Shown here: positions 23,219 through 35,326 of the stretch, one piece after another
Layout: every line of letters begins with the position of its first letter
How positions within the stretch are numbered: position 1 is the stretch's first letter
Assembly (NCBI RefSeq): GCF_004010195.1
Contig: NC_057717.1
Location: forward strand, 103,156,985-103,220,984
Length of the DNA stretch: 64,000 nt
Direction: 5' to 3'
Source of the DNA: Chiloscyllium plagiosum
Lineage: Eukaryota
Program-made: the position numbers and the translations under genes
Notes under the pieces: model-generated
Told to the model about the DNA's origin: nothing
Seen by the model: only the letters and a program-made list of their open reading frames with translations
Databases searched by the model: none

Positions 23219-25084
23219 ATTGCTCCAGTTCTGGTCTCAAATGGCTAAATCCAGCAACGTTACCTCCCAAAATGAACCACTACCTCCCAAAATGTATAGA
23301 ATTGGTTGAGTGATTCAAAGAAACAGCAAAATCAATTTTAAAAAGACTCAGCAGAAACTCTCTTCTGTGGGAAGAGGAAGCAGAGTTACTGTTTCGGATC
23401 CATGGCTCTTCCTCAGAGTGGTACATCCACGGTGAGGAGGAGACATAAGGGGCAAGTTCACTGCAAATTGTGGGACACAGGTTGAGTGTCAGAAGAATCA
23501 CAGACGTTAAGTGAAAGAAAACTGAGCAGCTGGGAAGTAAGTAGAGTCAGGATTATAAGAAATAAGGTCAGTAGGGGGCATGACCAGGCCAAGATGATGG
23601 GTGTGCCTAAGCAGTCCCATTTGTGGAGTTTGGGAAAGGAGCTAGGAGTGGGTTGTGTGATGTTAGGGGGACTGTGAGGTGGGAAGCTGGAGAGAGGAGG
23701 TGAGTTCCATCACGATCTCGGGAGGGGCAGTCCCGAAGAGGTATTACACTGGACTTGGAAGGTGTTCTCTGATTCTCTGACTCTCTCCATAGACCTGCTG
23801 ATTTTCTCCAGCCATTTTCCCCTTTGGTTTCAGATCTCCAGCCATCGCTGTGCTTGGCTGTTTTACCGAAGAGTGCTGTAATGTTGGACATTTGTGCACA
23901 GTGAGATCCCAACGAAGGAGCATTGTGACCAATTTCCTGCTTCAGTGATGCCAGTTGGGTATTCATTAGGGGGCTCAGTGTGTTGGGGAATGACCCTTGG
24001 ATCTCCCTCAGATCAGTGTCACAAGGACAGAGGAGAGCTGAATGTACCATCTCATCCAAATGGTGTGACATAAGTTCATAAGATACAGGAGTGGAATCAG
24101 GTCATTCGGGCCTATCGAGTCTACGGTGCCATTCAATCACGACTGATAGGTTAGACAGATTTTTAATTGGTAACGGGTTGAAGGGATATGGAGAGAAGGT
24201 GGGAAATTGGGAGTGAAGGTCATATCAGCCATGATCAAATGGCGAAGCAGACTCGGGAGCTAAATGACCTAATTTCTGCTCCCATTTCTTATGGTCTCAA
24301 ATGTACTCACTGTCCCAGCATCCACTGCACTCTGGGTTAATGACTTCCACAGATTCAAAGCCTTTGGGAGAAGCAGTTTCTCCTCAACTCTGTTTTAAGT
24401 TTGCTGCCCCTTATCTTCTCCCCACCCAAAGACCTCCCCCACCCCCTTTATCTGAAGCTCCCCACCCTCCAGTCTTGAAGAAGGGTTATACTGGAAACCT
24501 TGACTTCTCCACCTCCTGATGCTGCCTGGCTTGCTGTGTTCTTCCAGCCTCCTACTTGTCTACACATTATCCTAAGAGGGGATGATCTTTTGTCCCAGAA
24601 TGCCACATAAAAGGAAGCATGTTCTCACAACTGCTTTGAGGGGTGTAGGGGAGACCAACACAGCTCAGTCTTCCTGTATAATTCCCTGTGTCCATGGCCA
24701 GCAGAGAACTGTGCTGTCCACTGAGTCACAGCTAAGTGACCGAAACCACCCACGGCAGCAGCTACTGCAGCTTTAATTATAGTTGAGCCGCCCGGAAGAT
24801 AATGTTACAGTATTTCGCAAAGCAGACAAGAGAAATGGGCCATGACGTTTAGTTAAGGTTCTGGTAGTCAGGAGCAACACTTCAGAAACTGATCCTTTCG
24901 AACAAACCTAATACTCTTGCATGAATATTTCATTTGGCAGTCCGCGTTGGTGCAGATTCCAATAAAGCATAAATCTGAAGGCAAGGACAGTTTAATTAGA
25001 TGTGGATCTCATGAGTGATACCTTTCAACAATCTCACTCTTTCAGTCTCTTCCGGACTGTCGTTTGCTCAAATCATCCTCATTA

Positions 25085-25390
25085 TAGAATCCTTATAGTA
25101 TAGAAACAGGCCATTTGGCCCAACAAGTCCACACCGACCCTCTGCAGAGTAACCCAGCCAGACCCATTCCCCTACCCTATTGCTCTTCATTTAACCCTGA
25201 CTAATGCACCTAGCCCACAGTTCATTGAACACTGTGGGCAATTTAGCATAGCCAATTCACCTAACCTGCACGTCTTTGGATTGTGGGAGAATGTACAAGC
25301 TCAACACAGACTGGTGCCCGAGGCTGGAATCGAACCTGGGCCCATGGCGCTGTGAGGCAGCAGTGCTAACCACTGAGCCACCGTGCCACC
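25085..25390 (-). mobile_element. HE1-like SINE (internal deletion)
   Basis: Reverse-complement head and tail. Confidence 0.88.
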
Positions 25391-25599
25391 CTTTCTCGGT
25401 CTTAGCAATCCTCTCACAGCCCCCACAATGGGCAGGCAGGGGCTGAGCATCAAGAGGATGTTCTGCCAAAATATCTTAGTCATGGTGGAACTCACTTATC
25501 TATTTCTGTGGTGTGGCATCATAAGTCGTTGGCCAGGGAATGGTAAGAATGTCGAATTCAACTCAGCGTGGAGCAGCTGAGCTTGAGTAAGCTCGGTTA

Positions 25600-26135
25600 A
25601 ATTCACTCATGGGGCATGAGCGTCGCTGGCTAAGCCAACATTTATTGTCGGTCTCTACTTGCCCCTTGAGAAAGTGGCGGTGTGCTGCCTTCTTGAACCA
25701 CTGTAGTTCACCTGCTGCAAGTAAACCCATAATGCCCTTCAGTGAGGGAGTTCCAAGGAAGGAACAGTGATATATTTCCAAGTCAGGATGGTGAATGGCT
25801 CGGAGGGGAACTTGCAGATGATGGTGTTCCCATATAGAGTCATGGAGATGTACAGACCCTTCGGTCCAACCCGTCCATGCTGACCAGATATCCTAACCTA
25901 ATCCCATTTGCCAGCACTTGGCCCATATCCCTCCAAACCCTTCCTATTCATATACCCATCCAGATGCCTTTTAAGTGTTGTAATTGTACCAGCCTCCACC
26001 ACTTCCTCAGGCAGCTCATTCCATACACACACCACCCTCTGCTGAAAGCATTGCCCCTTAGGTCCCTTTTAAATCCTTCCAGGTAGGAAGGGCTTGAAAG
26101 GTGCTGACTGCAAATCTTTGGTGGATTTCTGTAGA
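25600..26135 (-). mobile_element. L2/CR1-group LINE 3' end with nested CR1 3' end (~25835-26080)
   Basis: LINE tail motifs either side of ATAGAGTCATGGAGATGTAC...CCTTAGGTCCCTTTTAAATC. Confidence 0.75.
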
Positions 26136-26777
26136 GCACCTGGTAAAGGAAGTTAAATTGAGAAACATGAACATTTAACGATGGGGTAAGGTGAAGGGTC
26201 TGGTATATACACCAGTGCACATCAGTTGGGTCAAATGACATGTTTCGCAGACTAAGGGGTCACCCATTTAAGCTGAGGAAGAATTTCCTCCAGAGATGGT
26301 AGTGAAACTGTAGAATTCCCTACCACAAACGGGTAGACAGAATTTTAAGCAGTAAGGGAATCAAGGCTTATCGGGAAATGGCAGGAAAAGGGAGTTGAGG
26401 ATTAACAAATCAGCTGTGATCTCATTGCAAGACAGAGCAGACTTGAAGGGGTGAAAGGCCTACTTCTACCCTTGCGTCTTATGCGTGGTGGTGTGTTACA
26501 GCTCACTCAGGGAGTGCGAGTTGCTACGGCGACACACAATTTACAAGCATGTTGCAGTCCAGACAGTGATGTCAGAGGTTCCATTTTCCCTTCGTTCCTT
26601 AACTGAGCTGGAATTTCCCTCCTGCTCTTACTGATTGTCACTGGCATGGCTTATAGGTTGATGGACAACCTGTTCAGGCCTAGGTAGGTGATGTAGGAAC
26701 TGGGGGGAGGAGATGGGAGCTCAGTGGGTAAGTCAAATGGAGGCATGCAGCAGGGAGAGGTAGAAAGGACAAGTACA

Positions 26778-27642
26778 TAGTTATCTGTGACACTGAGTAC
26801 CTTTGATTGAGGGTACGCCACCAATCTGTGCCGACTCCCAGAGGTGACAAGCTCAGCCACATTGTTTTAGCTGCTGCGGACATCATCATCATCATCATTA
26901 TCATCATCATCGGCGGTCCCTCGCAGATGAGGATAACTCTCTCCGACTCTCAGGGTGAGTCTATACTTGGCCATACAGACTGATTCAGCTACCACAGGTA
27001 CACTTGTGGCAGAAGGTGGTCATGGGAAGAGGTTGGGTGAGGGGGCGGCGCGTAGTGTTGATGTGGCAGCATTTCCCTTTCCCTGTTTCCCCCAGGCTCC
27101 CCATTTTTCCGGATGGGAAGTCTCAAGGAGCTTGTGCTTTCCCAGATGCTTCTCCTCCACTTTGGCCAGTGATTCCCAGATGTCACTGGGAATGCTGCAC
27201 TTCCCCGGTGAGGCCTTGAGGGTATCAGCCTCCTCTGTCCCACTTGGGGCTCACCTGCCGTTTCAGAGCTGGGAGTATAGCACCTGCTTGGGGAGTCTCG
27301 TTTCAGTCACGGGGACGATGCACAGGGACAGCCCACACGAAGCTGGGTTAATCCCAACATCGGGACTAGGTGGGGAGCAAGAATGGTGTGTGATCCTCGG
27401 GGGGGGTGGTTGTGTCATGGTGCACTGGATGAATAACCCAGAGCTTGATGTGAATGTTCTGAGAACAAAGTTTTGAAATCTGCCAAGGTACATGGTAAGT
27501 TCAATGAAAGACCTGATGATAATGATGATGATGATGATGTCCGCAGCAGCTAAAACAATACTGCTGAGCTTGTCACCTCTGGGAGTCGGCACAGATTGGG
27601 GGCGTACCCTCAATCAAAGGTACTCAGTGTCACAGATAACTA
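26778..27642. repeat. 129-bp inverted repeat, arms 26778-26906 and 27514-27642, ~4 mismatches, spacer ~607 bp
   Basis: TAGTTATCTGTGACACTGAGTACC...GCGGAC(ATC)n versus its reverse complement (GAT)nGTCCGC...CACAGATAACTA. Confidence 0.95.
26881..27322 (-). mobile_element. RTE-clade LINE 3' end with (GAT)n tail
   Basis: Minus: IVPVTETRLPKQVLYSQL (RTE RT C-terminal motif); plus strand begins (CAT)nCGGCGGTCCCTCG. Confidence 0.75.
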
Positions 27643-27829
27643 AAGGTGACTGCTCCTTGATTATTGTGAAAGCCCATCCAGTTCTACTGGGAAGGAAATC
27701 TGCCACCCTTCCCTGGTCTGGCCTCCATGTGACTCCAAACCATAGCAATGTGGTTCTCTAACATTCCTCTGGATGGACAATAAATATTGATCTGCCCAGC
27801 GATGCCCATATCCCACATAGGAATTGGCT

Positions 27830-29135
27830 TTTGAAGGGTAATTGAGAAGGTTCCACAAGGTAGAGTGGTTCGCAAGATTAGATCGCATGGAATCCAGAGG
27901 GAGCCAGCCAATTGGCTTGCAGTTAGGAGACAGAAGGTGGTGGTGGAGAGTTGCCTTTTGGACAGGAGGCCTGTGATCAGTGCTGTTCTGCAAGGATTGG
28001 TGCTGGGTCCACTGTTGTTTGACATTATATAAACGATTTGGATGAGAATATAGGACATATAGTTAGTAAGTTTGCAGATGACACCAATATTGGTGGTGTA
28101 GAGGACAGTGAAGGAGGTTACCTCAGAGTACAATGGGATCTTGATCAGATGGGCCATTGGGCCAAGGAATGACAGATGGAGTTTAATTTAGATAAATGTG
28201 AAGTGCTGCATTTTGGAAAAGCAAATCAGAGCAGGACTTCTATGTTTAATGGTAATGTCTGGGGTGTGTTGCTGATCAAAGGGAGCAAGGAGGGCAGGTT
28301 TATAGTTCCTTTGAAAGTTGAGTCACAACTAGATAGGATAGTGAAGAAGGTGTTTTGTATGCTTGCCATCATTGGTCAGTGCATTGATTTCATGTTGCAG
28401 CTATACAGGACATTGGATAGGCCACTTTTAGAATATACTGTTTAATTCTGGTCTCCCTGCAGGATGTTGTGAAACTTGAAAGGGTTCAGAAAAGATTTAC
28501 AAGAATTTTGTTGGGTTTGAAAGGTTTGAGCTATCGAGAGTGGCTGAATAGGCTGGGGCTGTTTTCCCTGGAGCATCGGAAGCTGAGGGGTGACCTTATA
28601 GAGATTTATAAAATCATTAGGGGCATGGATAGGGTGAACAGACAAAGTCTTTTACCTGGGGTAGGTGAGTCCAAAACTGGAGGGCTTGGGTTTAAAGTGA
28701 AAGAGGCATGATTTATAAGGGACCTAAGGGGCAACTTTTTCACACAGAGGGTGGTGCATGTATGGATTGCCAGAGGAAGTGGTGGAGGCAGGTACAATTG
28801 CAACATTTAAGAGGCATTTGGATGGGTATATGAATAGGAAGAGTTTGGAGAGATATGGGTAGGATGCTGGCAGGTGGGACTAGATTGGGTTGGGATATCT
28901 GGTCGGCATGGACGGGTTGGACCAAAGGGTCTGTTTCCATGCTGTACATCTCTATGACTATGGTGGAGGCTGGTACAATTGCAACATTTAAGAGGCATCT
29001 GGATGGGTATATGAATAGGAAGGGTTTGGAGTAATAGGGGCCAAATGCTGACAAATGGGTTTAGATCAGTTCAGGACATCTGGTTAGCATGGACGAGTTG
29101 GACCGAAGGGTCTGTTTCCGTGCTGTATGATTCTA
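27830..29135 (+). mobile_element. 5'-truncated CR1 with two consecutive 3' ends
   Basis: KFADDT, MEFNLDKCEVLHFG, LERVQKRFTRI; 3' segment present twice (~28780-28959 and ~28960-29133) with different UTRs. Confidence 0.92.
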
Positions 29136-30634
29136 ATTAGTGGCGTGTTGAGTTGGGCGACCGTGGTCCTTTTCACCCAGCTCTCAATCCTGACATAGAC
29201 AGAGAGATAATGGGTTCAAGACCATCCTGCCTAATGAAATACATCACCCCTCAAAACCAGCCAGAGTCGAACTCCTGGATTTGCTCCATCTTACGCCCAT
29301 CTCCAAAATCATATCTCAGTGGGTCACTGGGTGAGAGGGCTGAAAGAACATGGCCTCTGATAAAGGGGCACGTGAACTCTCTCCCTCCCTCTGAGCTAAG
29401 TAATGCAAGGACCGCACAGCAAGAGGCCACAAAGAGCAAAGGTAGCAATTGGGCTGCTTATTACCATGGAAGGGCATTCCAACCAACCTTTACCCCTCGG
29501 TATTTTCCACACCGTTGCTCCCTCAGTCAACAACAGCGGTAGCCCGCATTTATGTGGCACCTCCAAAGTAGGGAAACGCTCCAGCGAGTTTCCCGTGTGT
29601 GAATATTCGGGATAAATGGATGGGCACGGGGCCAGAGAAAGAGATTGGGATAGGTATCTGCTGTCTTGTTAATGACAGCAGTTTTATGGAGGTGAGAGAC
29701 GCAGAAAGGTGTAAATAACAGCTTGTTAGTCACAACTGGCATCTCCGTGAATTGCGTCTGTATTTACCTTGGGAGCAACAGCGGCCAGGCATATAAAACA
29801 AAAAGCAATTTATTGCTTGTGGACTGCTGTGGGAGCTAAAGCTGTAATTGTTTTTTGTTCCTTCTCGCTAATTAGCTATCGGGTTGTCTGCCCGACTGTG
29901 GGGGAGATTTGCATTGTGAGCAGGTGAAGGGATTAATATCACTGAAGGGTTGCCTGAAAGATTCACAAATCATAATGTCACCTCCTGCATCGCCAGTGAA
30001 ATCACAGAATAAAAATAGCGCGGAGGGAGGCCATTCGGCCCAGTCTGTCTCTGCCAGCCCTCAAAGCTATCCAATTCAGTTCTGCCCTGAGATACCGTCA
30101 TATCTCCCCATCTTGGTTCTGAATTCCTCCCATTCCCTCCATTGTTGGCTGTCAAGGCCTTTGGGGACAGCCTGAACTATGGTAGGTGCCACCAAAATGC
30201 ACAGGCCTTTTGTTTTGCTGGTGATGTAACAGCAAGGAGATGTTTGGAGGTTGAATCGCGCATCGTGTCGAGATTTAGGCAAGTCATCTCAACGACCATC
30301 ACCATATTTGACAGTCAGGATCTGACTATCTCCTCCACTCCACTCTGTTGGGGCTCCTACCCTCTTGGCCAATGGGTGCCACTGCAGGGGGCACTCCCAG
30401 GCACCATGCAAAACGGAGTGTCTGTGATACTGCACGGTTGGGTGATGGTCATACACATCAGTTTTGGATTCTTGTATCCACCGGTGTTTGGACTCCAGGA
30501 ATAGGCAAACACAGGATAATTCCACGCTACATGATATATCCCTCATCAACCTGGGTTGCACATCTCTGATAACGAGGCAACATCCATGATGAGGGAGTAA
30601 AATCAGGACCCATTAAACAGGGCCCGGGCCTCTG

Positions 30635-30935
30635 AGAGACAGGGACTGGGGCCACTGTGCTCAGGGTCAAGGGTCAGGGATTGGGGCTACTGTGCTCAGG
30701 TCAAGGGTCAGGGACTGGGGCTACTGAGCTTCAGTCAAGGGTCAGGACTGGACCTACTGTGCTCAGGCCAGAGATCAGGGAGTGGGGCCACTGTGCAGCA
30801 GGTCAAGGGTCAGGGACTGAGGCTACTGTCTTGAGTCAAGGGTCAGAGACTGGGGCTACTGTGTTCAGGGACCTGGGCCAGTATGCTCAGGTCAAAGGTC
30901 ACAGAGAGTGGGGTCATTGTGCTCAGATCAATGGT
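30635..30935. repeat. ~30-35-bp degenerate minisatellite (GGTCAGGGACTGGGGCTACTGTGCTCAGGTCAAG), ~9 copies
   Basis: Tandem units visible directly. Confidence 0.85.
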
Positions 30936-31470
30936 CAGGGAGGAGCCAGGGGTGCAGGCCAGGAGCATCACCATAGTACTTAATTCCTGACCTGACCCTT
31001 ACTGTAAGTACTGGTGAGAGTGAAGCTGGACACTTCTAGAACCTTCCACACGCAAGTTCCAGTTGCAGATGATTGGAGATCCTTATGATCCAGCTGTGAG
31101 GACTGTGCTATTGGTCTCCTACAAGACAGCTTTCTGAAGGATGATTTACAACTCCTGAAGGCTGTAAAACAACCCAAGGGCCTTGACGACACTGGTTGAA
31201 AAAATACCTCCCCCCAGTGTTGAAGGTTCTTTGCTTTACGGGGTCTTACTGGCAAACGTTCTTGACAATTGACTCTCCAGTGGCTGGTCCAGACCCCTGG
31301 TCAGGTTCACGAGAGGTTAATGCTCAAATACACCCACCCATACTCTCCTGCTCTACTACTCTGGGATCAATCCACCAACCCACCTTGGAACGGCCTATCA
31401 GAGAGCATAGGGAACACTTAACCGGGTGAGAAACGAAAGCTCTTTAGTTAGAATTACACACAACGCACAT

Positions 31471-31669
31471 TACAGCACAGAAACAGGCCATTCAGCCCCA
31501 CTGGCCAACACAACATGCACACTACAGCACGGAACAGGCCATTCAGCCCCACTGGCCTACACAACACACACACTACAGCACAGAAGCAGGCCATTCAGCC
31601 CCACTGGCCTACACAACATACACACTACAGCACGGAAACAGGCCATTCAGCCCCACTGGCCTACACAAG
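31471..31669. repeat. 51-52-bp tandem repeat x4 built on a reverse CR1/SINE tail
   Basis: TACAGCAC(A/G)GAAACAGGCCATTCAGCCCCACTGGCCTACACAAC(AC)n. Confidence 0.9.
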
Positions 31670-33137
31670 TGTCTGTACTGTACTCGAACATCCTCACACC
31701 CCATTTTGTTTCATTCCCTTTTCCCTCACGTGTGTATTCAACTTCCCCTGAAGTGAATCCACACTCACCTCCAGCCCACCCTGACTCCTACCTGAACCAT
31801 AACCTTAACCCTAACCCTAATCCCACATTCAGGGGAGAGAGGTTTCCCCTGAATATGTGAACTGCTTAACATGTTATATTCATAGTCCCGATTCTCCCCA
31901 CAATGGGAGAAGCTTGTCCCTGCCTATCCAATCAATGCTTTTCAAAACTGTTGTATTTCGTGATGACCCAGCCACATCACTTTTTCAGGGATGAGAGCGG
32001 TACAGATAATTTAGGGCCAAGGAAGAGACCTGTCACCCTTACCCAATAGCTAAGGTAAGGTCTCATACCATACCTATCAAAGCTACAGGCCTGGTGTGGG
32101 AAACTGGGGCAAGTGTAGGTTGTATATCTTTGGCAGTATAGGCTTGATGGGCTGAAGGACCTCTTTTGCACTGTATGATTCTCTGGAATATCAATTGTTC
32201 AAAATGCAAACCTGATTGTATTTGCTCATCTGACCAATTAACACATCTCCCAGCAGAACTGTTTCAAAGTACTTACACACTTAGCAGGCTCTGTACAATA
32301 TCCTAATTAACACAATATTATCCTTATGCTTTGAGATAGTTCTCTCTCTAAACTGCCATTTATTCAGCTCAATGTAACTCGAATACAAAGGGCAGGTTAT
32401 TTTTCTCTCTTGCAGGGGTCATTGACAGTGGCAGGACATGTTGACAGCATGTTTAATGAATCATACAGTATCTTACACTTTATCAATGGGGACATAAGGT
32501 CAGGTGTAAGAAGTAAACGCAAAATTTTGCAAATGCTGAAAATCTGAAGTAAAAACAGAAATTCCTGTACAGACTCAGCAGATGTGGCAGCGACTGTGGG
32601 GAGAGAGAAAGAGTTAACGTTTCAGGTCCAGTATGACTCTTCAGAAGTAGGTTTTCAGTTCTGAGCTTCCCTGTCTTAATCTAACTTCGATCACAACTAA
32701 ACCCAGCACAGGTCAATGTCTTTCAGTTCCAAATTCTGATATTCAACTTGAAGCATTAAATCTCTTCTTCATCTGAGTTCAGTGGGTAATAGGGAAGGCA
32801 AATGGAACGTTGATAGGGGTGCTGGATTTGGAAGGTGCTGTCTCAGGATCTTTGTTGAATACCTGCAGTGTATCTTGTGGATGGTGTACACTGCTGCTAC
32901 TGAACGACAGTGGTAGAGGGAGTGAATGTTTGTGGGACGTGGTGCCAATCAGATTCGTCGCGGATGGTGTCATGCTTCTTAAGTGTTGTTGAGGGGCTGC
33001 AATTATGCAGGTAAATGGGGAGTATTCCATCACACTTCTGACATGTGCCTTGTAGATAGTGGACAAGCTTTGTGGAGTCAGGAGGTGAGTTACTCACCGC
33101 AGTGTTCCTAACCTCCGACCTGCTTTTCATAGATTAC

Positions 33138-33481
33138 CATAGAATTCCTACAGTGTGGGAGCAGGCTGTTAGGCCTATCAAGTCTACACCAACCTCTCTG
33201 AAGAGCATCTCACCCAGCCTCACACCTCCCCCCTGCCCCCCCCCCAAACCTGTCATGCTGCATTTCCCATGGCTAACTCCTGGACACTATGGGACAGTTT
33301 AGCATGGCCAATCCACCCTAACCTGCACATCTTTGGATTGTGGGAGGAAACCGGAGCACCCGGAGGAAACCCCACGCAGACACAGGGAGCATGTGCAAAC
33401 CCCACACAGACAGTCACCCGAGGGTGGAATCGAACCCCGCTACCTGGTGCTGTGAGGCAGCAGTGCTAACCACTGAGCCAC
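33138..33481 (-). mobile_element. HE1-like SINE
   Basis: Reverse-complement full body. Confidence 0.9.
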
Positions 33482-33617
33482 TGTATTTATAAGGTTGGTC
33501 AAGTTCAGTTTCTGGTTGATGGTTTTTCCCAGGATGCTGATAGGGGGGGGAATCAGTGATGGTAATGCCATTGAATGTCAAAGGGTGATGGTTAGACTCT
33601 CTCTTATTGAAGATGGT

Positions 33618-33826
33618 AGTCATGATTTGGAGATGCTGGTGTTGGACTGGGGTGAATAAAGGTAAAAATCACACAACACCAGGTTATAGTCCAACAGGTT
33701 TATTTGGAAGCACTAGCTTTCGGAGGGACGCTCCTTCATCAGGTGGTTGTCTGAGCAGCACTCCGAAAGCTAGTGCTTCCAATTAAACCTGTTGGACTAT
33801 AACCTGGTGTTGTGTGATTTTTAACT
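33618..33826. mobile_element. Fold-back PLE pLTR insertion with intact minus-strand hammerhead (33711-33745)
   Basis: ~62-bp inverted arms; minus CAC CUGAUGA A GGAG CGUCC CUCC GAAA GC UA GUG; TSD TTGAAGATGGT 33607-33617 / 33827-33837. Confidence 0.85.
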
Positions 33827-35119
33827 TTGAAGATGGTCATTGTCTTCTGTTAGCCAAAACCTGGATATCATCGAGATCTTGCTGCATCATATCTAAGGAT
33901 ACCAACATCCACTGATATCCAGAGCCCTGGAATGTGAAACCAGAAAGGCAGTTGTTTAAGGGTTAAATTTTCCAGTTTCTGAATTTGCTCTTTATTTAAG
34001 TTTCTTAAAAAAAAACGCATTTTGATCACGATCTCCGAAAATGATTTTATAATTAAATGAGAAAAGCATTTCATTTCCCTCAAGTGCTGCTGTTTGTGTT
34101 GATCACTGAATTATAATGGCTTCTCGTTGATTCATTCATCTTCAGCGGCATTGCCTCTGTCTTTACCCACATCTATCTTTCATTGTGTGTTCTTTATTCA
34201 AATTTAATGTACACTTAAGATCATCTTTGTTCATTTCCCCAATGAGTTAGTTGTCAGCTGTACCCCAGCATGGAGGCTTTCAGTCAGAGGATTGTGCCTT
34301 TAAACTCCCCCTCCAGAGACCTGAGCCTAACACTCCCAGTACTGAGGAAGAGCTACCGTTCTGACTGTGCTGTCTTTTCACTGGGGAGAGTTCCTAGCTG
34401 CTTCTACCCTTGTGTGTGCCAAAGTGTTCACTCATTTTACTTCTCCTGCGTTTAACCTTTAAGCTCTGCTGCCTGGTCCTCAGCACCTTAACCAAGTGAA
34501 ATAGAGCAAGTTGATGATCAGCCATTGAATGGCTAAACAGCTTCAAGGGGCTCAATGACGTCTTTTTGTTGTTCTCGGATGATGTGAGTGATCGCTGGCT
34601 GGGCCAGCATTTATTGCCCATCCCTAGTTGCCCGTTGAGAACATAAGATTTGGGAGGCAGAGTAGGCCCTTCAGCCCCTTGAGTTCACGGCACCATTTCA
34701 TACGGTCATGACTCATCTCATTCACAGCCTCAACTCCACTCTCCTGCACATTCTCCACATCCCTTCCACTCATTACTAGTTGGAAGGTGGGAATGAACTG
34801 CCTTCTTGAACTGTTGGATTCTATGTGCTGTAAGGGAGACCCACAATGCCATTAGGGGCAGAGTTCCACCTGTTCTTATGCAATGAAGTGCGGTGGCTGA
34901 GCAATCAGTGATTCCCTTGACAATTGTAGAATAATAAATATCAGAAGTGACATTTCAAAGTTGCTTGGTTTGATAAACACAGTATTGATTTAATCACTTG
35001 ATTGGTTAACTCAAGTGAAAGAGCATTCAGGTGCACAGTGCTGTCTTCATTCTTCATTAAGTGGTCAGTGAATTCTCAGCATCGGAAAACAATTCACCTC
35101 AGTGATATAACTCAGGAGG

Positions 35120-35326
35120 CACCGTGTAGGGAAAAATGACCCTAAGCTTCCAGTTGCCTACCACTTTAACACACCCCCACATTCCCTGGCCAACATCTCA
35201 GTCTCAGGCTTGCTGCAGTGTTCCAATGAACCTCAGTGCAAGCTCAAAAAATAACAATCAAATTTTCCGCTTGGAGACCCTGCAGTGTCTGGGACTCAAC
35301 ATCGAGTTAAATAACTTCAGAGCCTG
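35120..35326 (+). mobile_element. Older PLE (Neptune-like) endonuclease C-terminus
   Basis: LPVAYHFNTPPHSLANISVSGLLQC...IFRLETLQCLGLNIELNNFRA* across a frameshift. Confidence 0.7.

Larger units (their letters stand above)
32800..33900 (-). mobile_element. L2/CR1-group LINE RT fragment split by HE1 and a fold-back PLE
   Basis: LSTIYKAHVRSVMEYSP (ORF 32779-33066); MTTIFNKRESNHHPLTFNGITITDSP. Confidence 0.75.

Noticed and set aside
26780..27640. Tc1/mariner MITE with TA TSD
   Set aside because: Arms include an RTE tail and one arm interrupts a SINE; TA is self-complementary and part of the inverted repeat; retained only as an alternative to test
31795..31823. Interstitial telomeric repeat
   Set aside because: Only about two perfect CCCTAA units; too short to interpret
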